Shown here in pieces: positions 38,490-50,398 of a stretch of 64,000 nt of DNA. The notes under the pieces were generated by a model. It worked only from the letters and a program-made list of their open reading frames with translations, had not been told where the DNA came from and made no database searches. The stretch is from Negaprion brevirostris (taxonomy: Eukaryota), in contig JARDVH010000140.1 of assembly GCA_030324005.1 (NCBI GenBank), positions 37,505,550 through 37,569,549 of the forward strand. The letters run 5' to 3'. The translations under genes and the position numbers were made by a program. Each line of letters opens with the position of its first letter. The first letter of the stretch is position 1.

Positions 38490-40660
38490 TCAATTCAATT
38501 TTATTGTCACTGTATAGTGCACAGATACAACAAGAAGTGAACTTGCAGGCTCCCAAGGTACAAAGAAAAAAGCAAATACAGTAGTCATTATAAAATAATG
38601 TCAATAGTCATTAAGTGTACATGCATATTACACAATACCCATTGCGTGGGAATATGTTAAAGGACGGAATTCAGCTGGGTAACAGCTCTGGGGAAGAAGT
38701 TGTTTCTGAGCCTGGTTGTATGGGCTCAAATGCACCGCCCAGATGGCAGGGAGGCAAACAGTCTATAGATGGCATCTCTAATAATGCTGAGAGATCTCCG
38801 CAGACACCGTTTGTGATAAATATCCTGGATGGCTGGTAGCGGGGTGCCGATGATGTATTGGGTAGTTTTGACTACCTGTTGCAGAGCTTTCTGAAGCAAC
38901 TGCCTATCACACCATAATGCAGATTGACAAAATGCTCTCTATTGTGCACCGGTAGAAGTTTGAGAGAAGCTGGAGGGACAGGTTGGGTCTCTTTAGCCTC
39001 CTCAGGAAGTATAGGCGCCACTGAGCCTTTTTCACTATGGAGGAGGGGTTGAGGTGCCATGAGAGGCCCTCTGTGATGAGGATGCCCAGTAGTTTGAAGT
39101 TTCCACCTCTACCCCATTGATGTAAATGGGGGGTGTGTACTGCCTCTGGAGTTCCTGAAGTCCACACTGAGTTCTTTGGTTTTCTTAGTGTTGAGGGCCA
39201 GGTTGTTCCAGCACCCCACGTCACCAGATGTTGGACCTTTTCCCTGTAGGCTGACTCATTGTTATTCGTGATCCGGCCCCACCACTGTAGTGTTGCCCAC
39301 AAACTTGATGATGGTATTGGGGCCACAACAGTCAGGGAGTAGAGAATGGGCTCAGCACGCATCCTTGTGGAGCCCCAGTACTGGGGGAGGTGAGGTTACC
39401 TAACCTAACAGACTGGGGCTTGTTGGTCCAGTCCAGGGTACAATTAGAAAGATAGGTGTTGACTCCTGGGTATGGAGTTTCTAGACAAGCTTGTTGGGGA
39501 TGATGGTGTTAAATGCTGAGCTGTAGCCAACGAGCAGCATTCTAATGTACGTGCCTTTGCCTTCCAAATGGGTCAGAGTGGAGTGAAGAGTAGTAGGAAT
39601 AGCATCTTCTGTTGACCTGTTTGCACTACAGGCAAACTGGTGCTGGTCGGGATTGGCAGGGACGTTGGCTTTTAGGTGAGTCAGGAGCAGTCTCTCAAAG
39701 CGCTCATTATAATGGGGATGAGTGCAATAGGGTGTGGTCATTCAGGCTCGTCACATTTGGCACAGGAACAATGGTTGTACGCTGTGGGGACCACCGCCCA
39801 GGCCAGTGACAAGTTGAAGATATCAATAAAGACCTCGGCCAGCTGATCAGCTGGGAGTCTGTACTGTTGTAGAAATGGTCCTCAATCTGTTGTGTGTGGT
39901 TATGTTTGGCATTCGTGATGGCCATTGTCAGGTTAGACCTGGGCCACAATGTCATGATGTCGCCAGATTTGAATGCTACGTTTCATATCTTCAGCAGTGA
40001 ATGAACTCCCCGTTCATCAAAGGCTTTTGGCTGGAAAATGTCTAAATGTTCTTGTGGGTTATGACATTCTGTACTCAAAAATGTATGTAGAGTAAAACTG
40101 TGGATGCGTATTCCTCAATGTCTGTGTGAGAGTCCAGTGTGGCTTGCCAAGCAAATGTACTCTAGTCAGTGCATTCAAAGCAGTCCTGAAGTTCATCATC
40201 TGCCCCCGCTGGCTATACTTTGACAGTCCTTACAGATAGCTTGACTCGATTATTAGAGGTTTGTACGCAGGAACTTGGAACAAAGAAAAGTGGTCCAACT
40301 GCCTGAGGTGGTGGCAGAGTACGGTCTTATATGCGTCCGCCATGTTATATAAACATGATCCAGTGCGTTCACACCTCTTGTAGGGCAAGAGACATTCTGG
40401 TGGAATTTTGGCAATATAATCTTGAGGTTTGCTTGATTGAAGTCCCCAGCGACAATGAATGCTCTGTCTGGGTATGCTGTTTGAAGTTTGCTAATGGCAC
40501 AGTGTAGTTCTTTCAGTGCTAATTTAGCATTAGTATGTGGTGGAATATACATCACGCTGATGATAACAACTGTAAATTCCCAAGGCAAATAGAAAGGCCT
40601 ACACTTCGCCATGAGGAATTCCATTTCAGCAGAACAGTGCTTCACGATAACCAAGATCAT
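38490..40660 (-). mobile_element. Rex1/Babar-type LINE (EN + RT remnants) in CCNC intron 1
   Basis: KCRPFYLP.EF, IVAGDFNQANL, TRG.N.LDHVY, QFA...NRSTEDAI, YSSAFNTIIP.KL, KKAQ.RLYFLRRLK. Confidence 0.9.
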
Positions 40661-40927
40661 CTCTCTCTATTGTACTCATGTCATCCTTAATTAACAGAGC
40701 CTCCGCCTTTACCTAGCTTCCTGCCCTTCTGAAAAGTCCTGTACCTTTGAATATTCAGGTTCTTATGGCAGTATTCTATTCCAAGCTTCAGGTGATGACA
40801 AGTCCTCTGAATTCCTTATAAAATTAACTTGTAATATACTGAAACTTGTAATTTGTCTGCTGAGCATTTTATTGTCATGTATCACTGTTTTAAATACTAT
40901 ACCAAGTTTGTGTTTGTTCTGTCTCAG

Positions 40928-41034
40928 TTTACAGTGGATCCTTGACAAGCAAGATGTAATGAAGGAGAGGCAGAAAGACTTGAAGTTCCTAACAGAAGAA
41001 GAATATTGGAAGTTGCAAATATTTTTTGCAAATG
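40928..41034 (+). CDS. CCNC: Cyclin C coding exon 2, (Y)LQWILDKQDVMKERQKDLKFLTEEEYWKLQIFFAN(V)
   Basis: 107 nt, ctcag/gtaatg; near-identical to vertebrate cyclin C; in frame with exon 1. Confidence 0.96.
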
Positions 41035-41802
41035 GTAATGCTGTTCATCAGTGTTTCTGTCAGTTGTTGTTCGACAAGGAGATTGTTTTCCAAGAAACAT
41101 TGCTTTATTTTGGAGATACAACGAAATATTTCCCTCGTTTGATGGCTTCTTTGCTAGCATTCCTCATAGGCCTTATATTTTTGGGCAAGTTGTGAATTGT
41201 GAGATATAGCCACTGTAACCTTTCACGCCAGTAATTTCCATTTCCTAGAGAGAACACTAAAACACTCCCCTTTATTAACCAGATACAGCATATTTCACAG
41301 TCTATATCATGATGAAGGTGGGAAGGAGATAAATAGTTGTTTTTTAAGTCACCATTTTATTTTCAAATCGTTGGTGGTTCTGCTTCCACCACCTTCGTGA
41401 ACAGCAAGTTCCTGGTCATTACCAGTCACTGTGGGGAAGAAAAACTTTCTACATGTTCCCCTTGCATCACTTGCCCAAAACCTTAAATCTGTGTTAAATA
41501 GGACAGCATTAAGTTACACCACATGGGAAACTGTAGATATAGCAAAGAGGAGAGTACTGTCGTACTGCATAATATTGTGGATGCTGGAAATCCAAAATAA
41601 ACATTGGAAACGCAGAAAAGAAAACGCAGTACAACAGTTATGACTTCAAAAAAAGTTATTAAGTTTTACATCTTGTGACTACTAAGACAAATTAAAGTCA
41701 AGAGCTTGATTAAGGTGCAGTGTTGTATCCACCTCAATTTAATGCCTGTGCACATGGTGAGCAAACATTGTCGATAAACATTCCCTCTTGTCTTAACAAT
41801 AG

Positions 41803-41887
41803 TAATCCAAGCTCTTGGGGAACATCTCAAACTGAGGCAGCAAGTTATTGCAACTGCAACAGTCTACTTCAAGAGATTCTATGCCAG
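41803..41887 (+). CDS. CCNC: Cyclin C coding exon 3, (V)IQALGEHLKLRQQVIATATVYFKRFYA(R)
   Basis: 85 nt, atag/gtaagg; cyclin-box helix motif RQQVIATATVYFKRFY; no later CCNC exon recognised in the window. Confidence 0.96.
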
Positions 41888-42520
41888 GTAAGGTACTTCT
41901 TAAATTTTATATTAAACTCTTCTGTCACCATATACTGGAACATAACACACCACTTGTAGTTGACTCTTGTATATATCTTGGTGCTTAATCCATTCCATAA
42001 CCGTATCCTACACCTGTTGCAACAAAGGTACAGATAATTATGAGCACTACACCGTTTGCAATTGGTGTTTATCTGGCATTTTTGACAGCTACAACAGCCA
42101 TTTAAGAACATAAGAAATAGGAGCAGGAGTAGGCCATCCAGCCCTTCGAGCCTGCCCCACCATTCAATAAGATCATGGNNNNNNNNNNNNNNNNNNNNNN
42201 NNNNNNNNNNNNNNNNNNNNNNNNNNNNNNNNNNNNNNNNNNNNNNNNNNNNNNNNNNNNNNNNNNNNNNNNNNNNNNGGCCAAATGGACAAGTTACAAG
42301 AACATCTTAACGTGTGGTGAACAATGGCACGTTAACCACAGCAAAGCTTACACAGCTACACCAGTCCTCACAAAGCTCCACTTACCATTCAAAGCAATCA
42401 CCTAAATCGGCCAAATGGACAAGTTACAAGAACATCTTAACGTGTGGTGAACAATGGCACGTTAACCACAGCAAAGCTTACACAGTTACACCAGTCCTCA
42501 CAAAGCTCCACTTTCCATAC

Positions 42521-42664
42521 CTGCTGGGATGAGGAGTTCATCTCCACCAGGTCATCGGTTTCCACAACCGGCTCGCTGTCGGGAGAGGTGGACTCGACAG
42601 GGATGACCACAACAGGGCTGACGTGCTCCGATAACGCCGAGGCTCGCAGGAAGTTAGGAGGATT
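42521..42664 (-). CDS. HIP1: HIP1 coding exon (~exon 11), NPPNFLRASALSEHVSPVVVIPVESTSPDSEPVVETDDLVEMNSSSQQ
   Basis: 144 nt, gcag/gtatgg; NPPNFLRASALSEH.SPVVVIP is diagnostic; LVEMN sits at the position of the human LMDMD clathrin box. Confidence 0.97.
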
Positions 42665-43499
42665 CTGCAAAGAAACAATTGATCATTAACGATAAATTAG
42701 AACACGCTGAAAGTACATATTCAGTGTGAAAACATTTGAAAAGAGCGGGCAAGTTAAAAAAAGCTTTGGGTACAAACCCATTAGTCTGCATGCAAAACAT
42801 CAACTTTCCTCACTTTTTCAGGTAATTTGGAGAAAACACAGAAAGAAACATCATGTAAAGGTGCTATTAACACCACTGCAGAACTTCTAGATCAATGTGA
42901 CTTCTAGGTCAGTATTTAACTGCAAATTGAAAGAGAGAAAATGGTGGTAAATTGCTGAATTTGATCGACTTGAAAGGTGATTTTTTTCCATTTGTTCATG
43001 GGATGTGGGTGCCTTGGTTGTGAGCTCCATTACTGAATGACTGTTATCCATCTGCTGTACCTACTCCAACAATGCTGTCAGGAGGAGAGTTCAGAATTTT
43101 AATCCAGTGACAGTGAAGGAATGACGACAACTTTGAGTCAAAATGATGTGCAACCTGGAAGGAAGATTGCAAGTGGCGGTGTTCCAATGGGTCTGCTGTA
43201 CAACTACCTCTTGGTAGCAGAGGATGTAGATTTGAAATGAGCAGTCAAAACAGCTGCAGTGAGCTGCTGCAATGCATCCTGTAGATGGTACACACCGGCA
43301 GCAGAGTGAGCAGATATTTAAAGTGGTAAATGGGCTGCTTTCTCCCGAATGAGATTCATGAGTGTAGCTGGAGATGCAGTTACTCAAACAAGTTGGGAGT
43401 AACCCATCAGTGTTCTGGAATGTGCTTTGTAGATGGCGGACAGGCTTTGGGGAGTCAGGAGGCAAGTTGGTCACTGCAGAATTTCCAGCCTCCAACCTG

Positions 43500-44870
43500 C
43501 TGAAACTTGTTAAATCTCCTGGACTTGGTGATCTACATCCCAAAGTGCAAGAGGTAGTGACGAGTGTTGGTCATCTCCTAAAATTCGATAAATTCTAGAA
43601 CAGTCCCTGCAGATTGGAAGGTAGCAGATGTAACCCCACTATTTAAGAAAGGTGGGAAAGTAGCAGGGAATCATAGAATAGAATTCCAACAGTGTAGACG
43701 GAAGCCATTTGACCCATCAAACCTGCACCGACAACAATCCCATCCAGGCCCTATCCCCATAATCTATGCATTTACCCCAGCTAGTCCCCTGACACTAACG
43801 GGCAATTTAGCATGACTAATTGAATTTCTACAGTGCAGAAGGAAGTCATTCAGCACATCGAGCCTGCACCAACACAGTCCAACCCAGACCCTATCCCCAC
43901 GAATTCACCTACAATACAACATGGCCAATCAATCTTACCCGCACAGAGTCAACATGGATTTTTTGAGGATGTAATCAGCAGGATGGATAAGAGGGAACTT
44001 GTGGATAAGGTCTGGATTTTCAGAGGGTTTTCAATAAGGCCCCACACATGAAGTTAGGAAACAAAATTAGAACAAATGGGATTAGAGGTAATATACTGGC
44101 ATGGATAGAGAACTGGTTAATGGATAGAAAACAGAGAATGGGAATAAACAGATAATTCCCAGGTTGGCAGGCTGTGACTAGTGGAATACCAGATGGATCA
44201 GTGCTTGGTCCCCAGCTATTCGCAATCTACATCAATGATTTGGATGTTAGGACCAAGTATAATATTTCCCAGTTGTTTATAACATAAACTAGGTAGGAAT
44301 GAAAGTTGTGAAGAGGATGCAGAGACTTAAGAGGATTAAGTACAGGAGTAAAGGCGGCTTGCTGCAATCATATCGTGTCTTGTGAGACCATATCTGGAGT
44401 ATTATGTGAAGGTTTGATCTCTTCACCCAAGGAAGGATATATTTGCCATTTTGGTGTGCAACAAAGGTTTTAACCAGGCTGATTCCTGGGATGGCACAAA
44501 GAGAGATCGAGGAAACTAGGCCTGTGTTTTCAAGAGCTTAGAAGAATGAAGGGCAATCTCTCATTGAGACATATAAATTTCTGACAGGGCTCAATAATGT
44601 GAATGCAGGAAGGATGTCTCCTCCGACTGGTGTGTCGAGAATCATGGGACAATTCCAGAAAAAGGGGTGGGCCAGTTAGGGCTCAGATGAGGAGGAATTT
44701 CGTCACTAAGTGGGTAACGAACCTTTGGAATTCTACCTCAGAGGACTATAGACGCTCAAGACAGAGATCAGTAGATTTCTGGACATTAAAAGACATCAAT
44801 GGATAGGCAGCAGTGCGGGAAAATGGGATTAGTGTAGAAGATTAGCCATGATCTAGTTGAATGGCAGAGC
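43500..44870 (+). mobile_element. Degenerate CR1 LINE with nested SINE tail fragments (~43675-43940)
   Basis: KSPG...LHP, DWKVADVTPLFKKG, WIENWL and GSVLGP remnants. Confidence 0.8.
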
Positions 44871-45223
44871 TCAAGGTCTCTTTCGCTTTGCTGCACAGTG
44901 GGAACTTTCTGCACTACATCAAACCCTGGGGAGTGTGCAACAGCTGATGTAAACAAAGGTCACTGCTCCATTATGACTAACGGCATCATGGCAGCACCAA
45001 TACCAAGTTGGCAATACACTCAGCCCTGCCAATGTCACCTGCAGGGGTGAGAATAATTGAAAAACAGATGGCTGCATTTATTTAAGCTATCAGATTCAAC
45101 TCTCCACTGGCCTCAGGGTTAGGAGATGGAAGAAACAAAGCTGACAAGTGAAGATCCACCTTGCGCCTCATTATTAAAACTTCCCTCGCATAAGGAAAAG
45201 CAGCGCCTAGCAATTAGCTCTAT

Positions 45224-45320
45224 ACAGTAAGAAGTCTCACAACACCAGGTTGAAGTCCAACTAGTTTATTTGATAGTAAACCCACTAGCTTTCGGAGACA
45301 GTGTTCCCTCCTCAGGTGTG
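45224..45320 (-). mobile_element. Solo Penelope terminal fragment with a hammerhead-like core
   Basis: Same cagtaagaagt...ccaggttgaagtcc...ctagctttcggag motif as 62018. Confidence 0.75.
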
Positions 45321-45555
45321 TGGAAGCCAATCAGTTCTATGTACATGGATCTTAGAACCCAGGTTAAGTAAAGATTTTTTGGCCATTAACTTTTGGAATC
45401 CTCAAATTGGTTTCAATTTGATCACCAACAGCTCTTATCCTCTTGGGCAATTGTTCTAGAATTTGGAGGTTCTCAGTGAACACTGGAACCCTAAACTATG
45501 CCTTGCCACCTTACGAGAATGTCTCTTGTCAATCATTCGGCACAGTGGCACAGGG

Positions 45556-45848
45556 CGGCACGGTAGCACAGTGGTTAGCACTTCTGCTTCACAGCACCAG
45601 GGGCCTGGGTTCAATTCCTGGCTTGGGTCACTGTCTGTGTGGAGTTTGCACATTCTCACCATGTCTGCATGGGTTTCCTCTGGGTGCTCCAGTTTCCTCT
45701 CACAGTCCAAAGATGTGTGGGTTAGATGGATTAGCCATGCTAGGATAAATGCATGGGATTGTGGGGCTAAGGTCTAGGTGGGACTGTGGTTGGTTCAGGC
45801 TCGATGGGCTGAATGCCTCCTTCTGCGCTGTACGATTCTATGATTCTA
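45556..45848 (+). mobile_element. HE1-type V-SINE with CR1 (HER1)-like tail
   Basis: tRNA-like head, V-domain, and a tail gatgggctgaatg...gattctatgattcta shared with CR1 3' ends. Confidence 0.88.
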
Positions 45849-48179
45849 AATATTTGGCGAATCCATCTGTAATAGTCATATGTCGTTATTGTTGTTGCTC
45901 TACAACAAACGGTCTAGTTATATAAAAATATGATCCAGTTAGCCTGATGCATTGCCAATCTCAATCATAGAGTACCTCGAGACGACAGTCAGATTCCCCA
46001 GCTACAACTTGCAATCCTTTTTTGGAGAGATTAAGTGCTTTGCTGTCCAGTGGGAATTTTCTGCACTACATCAAAACTCTGGCAAGTCTGCTACAGGCTG
46101 CGTAAACAAAACTCAGCAGCGGTGGGAACACCAGAGTTGCCAACATCCAGACTGCAGATATCAGGAGACTGCACATGCTGATAGTTATGCATTGAACAGA
46201 CTCATCCACATTCTTCACTGATGCTAAAAGTTCCATATCTAGTACAATCACACAACTGCCAATCCCAATGCAACAAAATCATGAAACAATCTGTTGTGTC
46301 ATAAAGATAAGAGCACCTAACATTGCATGAGCATTAGAAGTTTGTGCAGCCACTTTCTAGCAATAAGGATATGGTATCCAGGGTGAGTAGGATTGGTTGG
46401 AGAGAGAAGTGGCGAGACCACGAAGAATGGAAATTGGTTGAAAGGATGAGTCCAGAGAGAACAAACCCAACATGACTGCAGAGGCTGGTCAACTTCAAAA
46501 GAAATGGCAGAGGGTCAAAGCTGGATAAGTACTAAACAAATCCAAGAGCCAGGCGGCAAAGGTATTGAAAATTACAGCAAGTGAGCACTGTTAATTTGGG
46601 AACGCATGTCACAATATCCAAGTTCAACATCTTGGGAGAGGTACAGAACAACAGACATCACCAAATAACCAATCGGAGCATTTGGATGGAGCACGGCGTG
46701 AGGGAAAATTCCAGCACTTCCATAAAATATGGGATTAGGAAAGCTAAAGTTTGATTCAGGACAAGGAAAAGAGAAAAACATTAGACATCTTCTAATACCC
46801 TTTTGAAAAGCTCAGGCCAAGTACACAAATTAACAACCTACATGTACACAAGACCCTTAGAACAGAATTTAAAATGGTTCAAATTGCAAATCTGAGTAAA
46901 TCTGGTCAAGTCTGGTTAACTGTCATCTTAAATCTTCTGTCTTGTCTACCTCGCCTCCAACAATAAGTGAGAGAAGCTCATGGACTTTAGCAAGATTCAA
47001 GCCACACAATCAGTTGCTCCTGCCATTTCCCTCCCTTTCACAACCCAAAATGCCAAATATCACCCAAGACTCCCCCACAGTTTGGGTGCTCCTTTGGCAC
47101 ACCAGGGGCATAGAGAAAGAAAATGAGAAGACCCTTCCTTTTCTGATCCCTATCTGACGAAAGTCCTGCAGGAAAGACAGCAAGTGAAAACGAGCACAAG
47201 AGCAAGTATCAAGCTTGTCTGCAACATTCTTTCTGGTAGAACAGCCTGCCAACAGTGTCCAGGCTGACATGAGGAATGCCCAAAGTATGAAAAAGTTGCT
47301 GCACTGCGGCCCCGACAGAGACGGGCATAAAACTTGAGCACGAAGAAAGAAACTATCAGATTCCAAGGCGTATTTTAAAAAAAGCATTTAACATTCAGAA
47401 ATATCTACACATAGAACATACAAAAGCGACGATGCTCTATTTCCATGGAAATTGAATTTAAAGCTTGGGATTCCGCAGCATTCAAGTGTGATTGCAACTG
47501 TGTAATATATGACAGCAATGTATTCCCAAGTCTATCCGGATGGATAATCACTTCACAATTATATACAGAAATAGGCTTCTACCACAAAGAACGATTGTGA
47601 AAATAATTAGGCACACCTACGAATACTTTAATTAAAATCTGCTGAGCCTTCATTTAACTCACTTGAGGATTGAGACTAATTTTGTGCAGCGTGACCAATT
47701 GCTTTCTCAATTTTTATTCAACATAGACTGAGTGATAAAGAGCAATTTGGTGCAGTTAACTTTCAGGGGGGAAAAGCTGAGTAAAGAGGGAAGCAAGGCT
47801 ATGAAGAAGTAACAGACCTTTCACCCTTTCTCGCTCCCATTCCAGAACTTTGAAATTCGCACACAGCAAAGCTAAGGACTGTTAGAGTGAACAGAAATGA
47901 ACTGGAACTTTACCACCTCGCCCAAGGTTCATAATATCCTGCCCAAGGCTAACAAAGAATGCCATTCTGTGAGCCTCGCCTGCTCCGATTCTGGGGCGGG
48001 CATGCCAGTAAAATTATGGCAGCAGAGTTCTGTAAGCTCTGTTGTGTAAAACTGGCAAGATGGTCCAGTGCATTGGGATAACGGCCATTGGAAATTGTTG
48101 CTTCATTCAGAGAAAGAGTTGCAAGCAGCATGGGAACTCAGAATGCAGGAGGCACATTACTCATAAAATAAGAATTTTT

Positions 48180-48495
48180 TGATTTTGGTTTATTGATGTC
48201 ACATGTTAGTATACAGTGAAAAGTATTGCTTCTTGCATGCTATACAAACAAAGCATACCATTCATTGGGAAGGAAAGGATAGAATGCAGAACATAGTATT
48301 ACAGTCATAGCTAGGTGTATGATGGCAGCAAGCAAGAAGCTGTTCTTGAGTCGATTGATATGTGACCTCAGACTTTTGTATCTTTTTCCCATCGGAAGGT
48401 GGAGGAAAAGAGTATGCCGATGGTACATGGTGTGCTTGATTATGCTGGCTGCTTTTTCTAAGCAGTGGGAAGTGTAGACAGAGTCAATGGATGCA
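48180..48495 (-). mobile_element. Rex1/Babar-type LINE 3' end
   Basis: LP.GKRYKSLRSHINRLKNSF; same family as 11027-11433. Confidence 0.8.
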
Positions 48496-49137
48496 TTGTT
48501 TGACTGTGAGAAGAAACTCGAGATACTGGCACTATTTCTACTGAAGTGATGAAGCCCAAGAGGTGAGAAAATAGGTTGTTTTACAGTCTCTCCCTGTTCA
48601 TTCTACCTTCATTGATTAGGACTTTAGCGTCAAGCAATTTATCAATTGATACATAGATTACAAAAGCAAGGAAGCTATGGTGAGCCTTTATAAAACACAG
48701 CAGATTTAATAAAAATCTTTTCAATTGCTGAGAACTCAAGGATTATTTTTCATTCCTCCTCTTTCCCATTGCCACAACCACCACCTGCTGTTCCTATACT
48801 TTAAGAAGGGAAGTTAAGGGATGAACTCTACAATTTAGCTCTTCTGGGTTGGAACATAGGTCAAGATTAGGGCACGAAGGTTAGTACACCTGACTGATAG
48901 CTTGCAGGAAATTCTATTCATTAAAAGAAATGGTTTGGGCTTCAGAATTCCTGATCTGTGATCCTGTTACGCAGAAAACTGCACTGGCAGAGTGAAACTG
49001 AAAGATCTGCTCCTGTTCTTAACTCACTTGGAGGCAAAATTCAAATGCTAATTTTAAATAAGGAAATTGCAAGAGCAAAGAAATAATGCTAGATTTCTTC
49101 AAGACATTAGTCAGACCAGACTTAGTGCTGTAGTATC

Positions 49138-49471
49138 AGCCACGGCTCAGTCAGCAGAATGCTCACCTCTGAATTACATGGTTCTGGGTTCAAGCCCCAC
49201 TCCAGGGCTTGAGCACAAAGATCTAGAATGATACACCAACGTAGTACTGAGAGAGGGCTCTACATCATCAGACGTGCCTTCTTTCAGATGAGATGTTAAA
49301 CTGAGGCCCCAGCCAGCCTGCTCGGGTGGATGTAAAAGATATCATGGCACTATTTCAAAGAAGAGCAGGGGAGTTGTCCCCAGCTTCCTGGCCAATATTT
49401 ACCCCTCAATAAACATCATAAAAATATGGTATCTGGTTATTATCACTTTGCTGCTTGTGGCTGCCACTTTT
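49138..49471 (+). mobile_element. DeuSINE (SacSINE1-like)
   Basis: tRNA-like head (ggctcagt...gggttcaagcccc) and Deu-domain (gatgagatgttaaactgaggccc...atggcactatttcaaagaagagcaggggagt...cctggccaatattta). Confidence 0.75.
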
Positions 49472-49760
49472 AGGCGGGTTTCTCATTTGGGGGCATTCAG
49501 TCTTAATCCCACAGATGGTTGCTTTGCATCACTGGCTGCTCAGCCAAGTACGTACACCAAATGTCTGAACTTACAGTTCCTCTCATACAGAGCAGGGTTA
49601 CTATTGCAACAAAACTTTGTCATCATCAGGAGGGTAAAACTAACCTGTCAGGTGTGATCACAGCTCACGTTCCCTACTAGTGGGTGGACAATCCAAAGCT
49701 TGATGAATTTTGCTTCACAATGACAGGAAGAGCCAACATCAAAGGATCAAAAAGCGACGT
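49472..49760 (-). pseudogene. 28S rRNA pseudogene fragment (3' region, domains V-VI)
   Basis: Plus strand reads agggtaaaactaacctgtc, cagctcacgttcccta, tgcttcacaatgacaggaagagccaacatcaaaggatcaaaaagcgacgt, taatcccacagatgg: diverged reverse complement of conserved LSU rRNA. Confidence 0.9.
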
Positions 49761-50231
49761 ACAACAATGGCTACATTTCAATTTATACTTCACATGGAGA
49801 GCACGGTGATTATGAAAAGTACACTATAAACGCAAGTCCTTTGTTTTCTTTTGCTGTATGTAGTTTTGGATGTCCCATTATAGAAAGGAAAAAGTTCACT
49901 GAACACTTAGAGCACAGATTTAGCAGTACGGTGGCACAGACACAAACCCATACTTTCAAAACGATATATCGTGTCTCTAATATTCTGGCCAGAATGAGGG
50001 TATGTGGGTAACACACCCATCAATCACACCTACAAGCCAAAGCTGTAAGTAACCAAAATTGATTTAACATCAAATTCTGTTTGCAACAGTTTATAAAGAC
50101 TCCCTCTAAATAAACCTTGCTTTGCTGTCTGCTGAAAAATGCATTATTTGGCTGTGAGGAGAGACTCAAGATACTGGCACTATTTCTACTGAAGCGATGA
50201 AGACCTAGAGATGGGAAAATAGGCTGGTGGC

Positions 50232-50398
50232 AGTGACAGAGATAGGGAGGGAGGCTGGAGGAAGTGACAGAGATAGGGAGGGAGGCTGGAGGGAGTGACA
50301 GAGATAGGGAGGGAGGCTAGAAGGAGTGACAGAGATAGGGAGGGAGGCTGGAGGAAGTGATAGTGATAGGGAGGGAGGCTGGAAGGAGTGCCATAGAT
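50232..50398. repeat. 31-bp purine-rich minisatellite (gtgacagagatagggagggaggctggaggaa)
   Basis: About 5 tandem units running into a 100-N gap. Confidence 0.9.

Noticed and set aside
40872-41195. 107-aa ORF with a hydrophobic C-terminus
   Set aside because: CCNC exon 2 read through into flanking intron sequence
49472-49760. Functional rRNA gene
   Set aside because: Short, mutated, isolated fragment with no rDNA context
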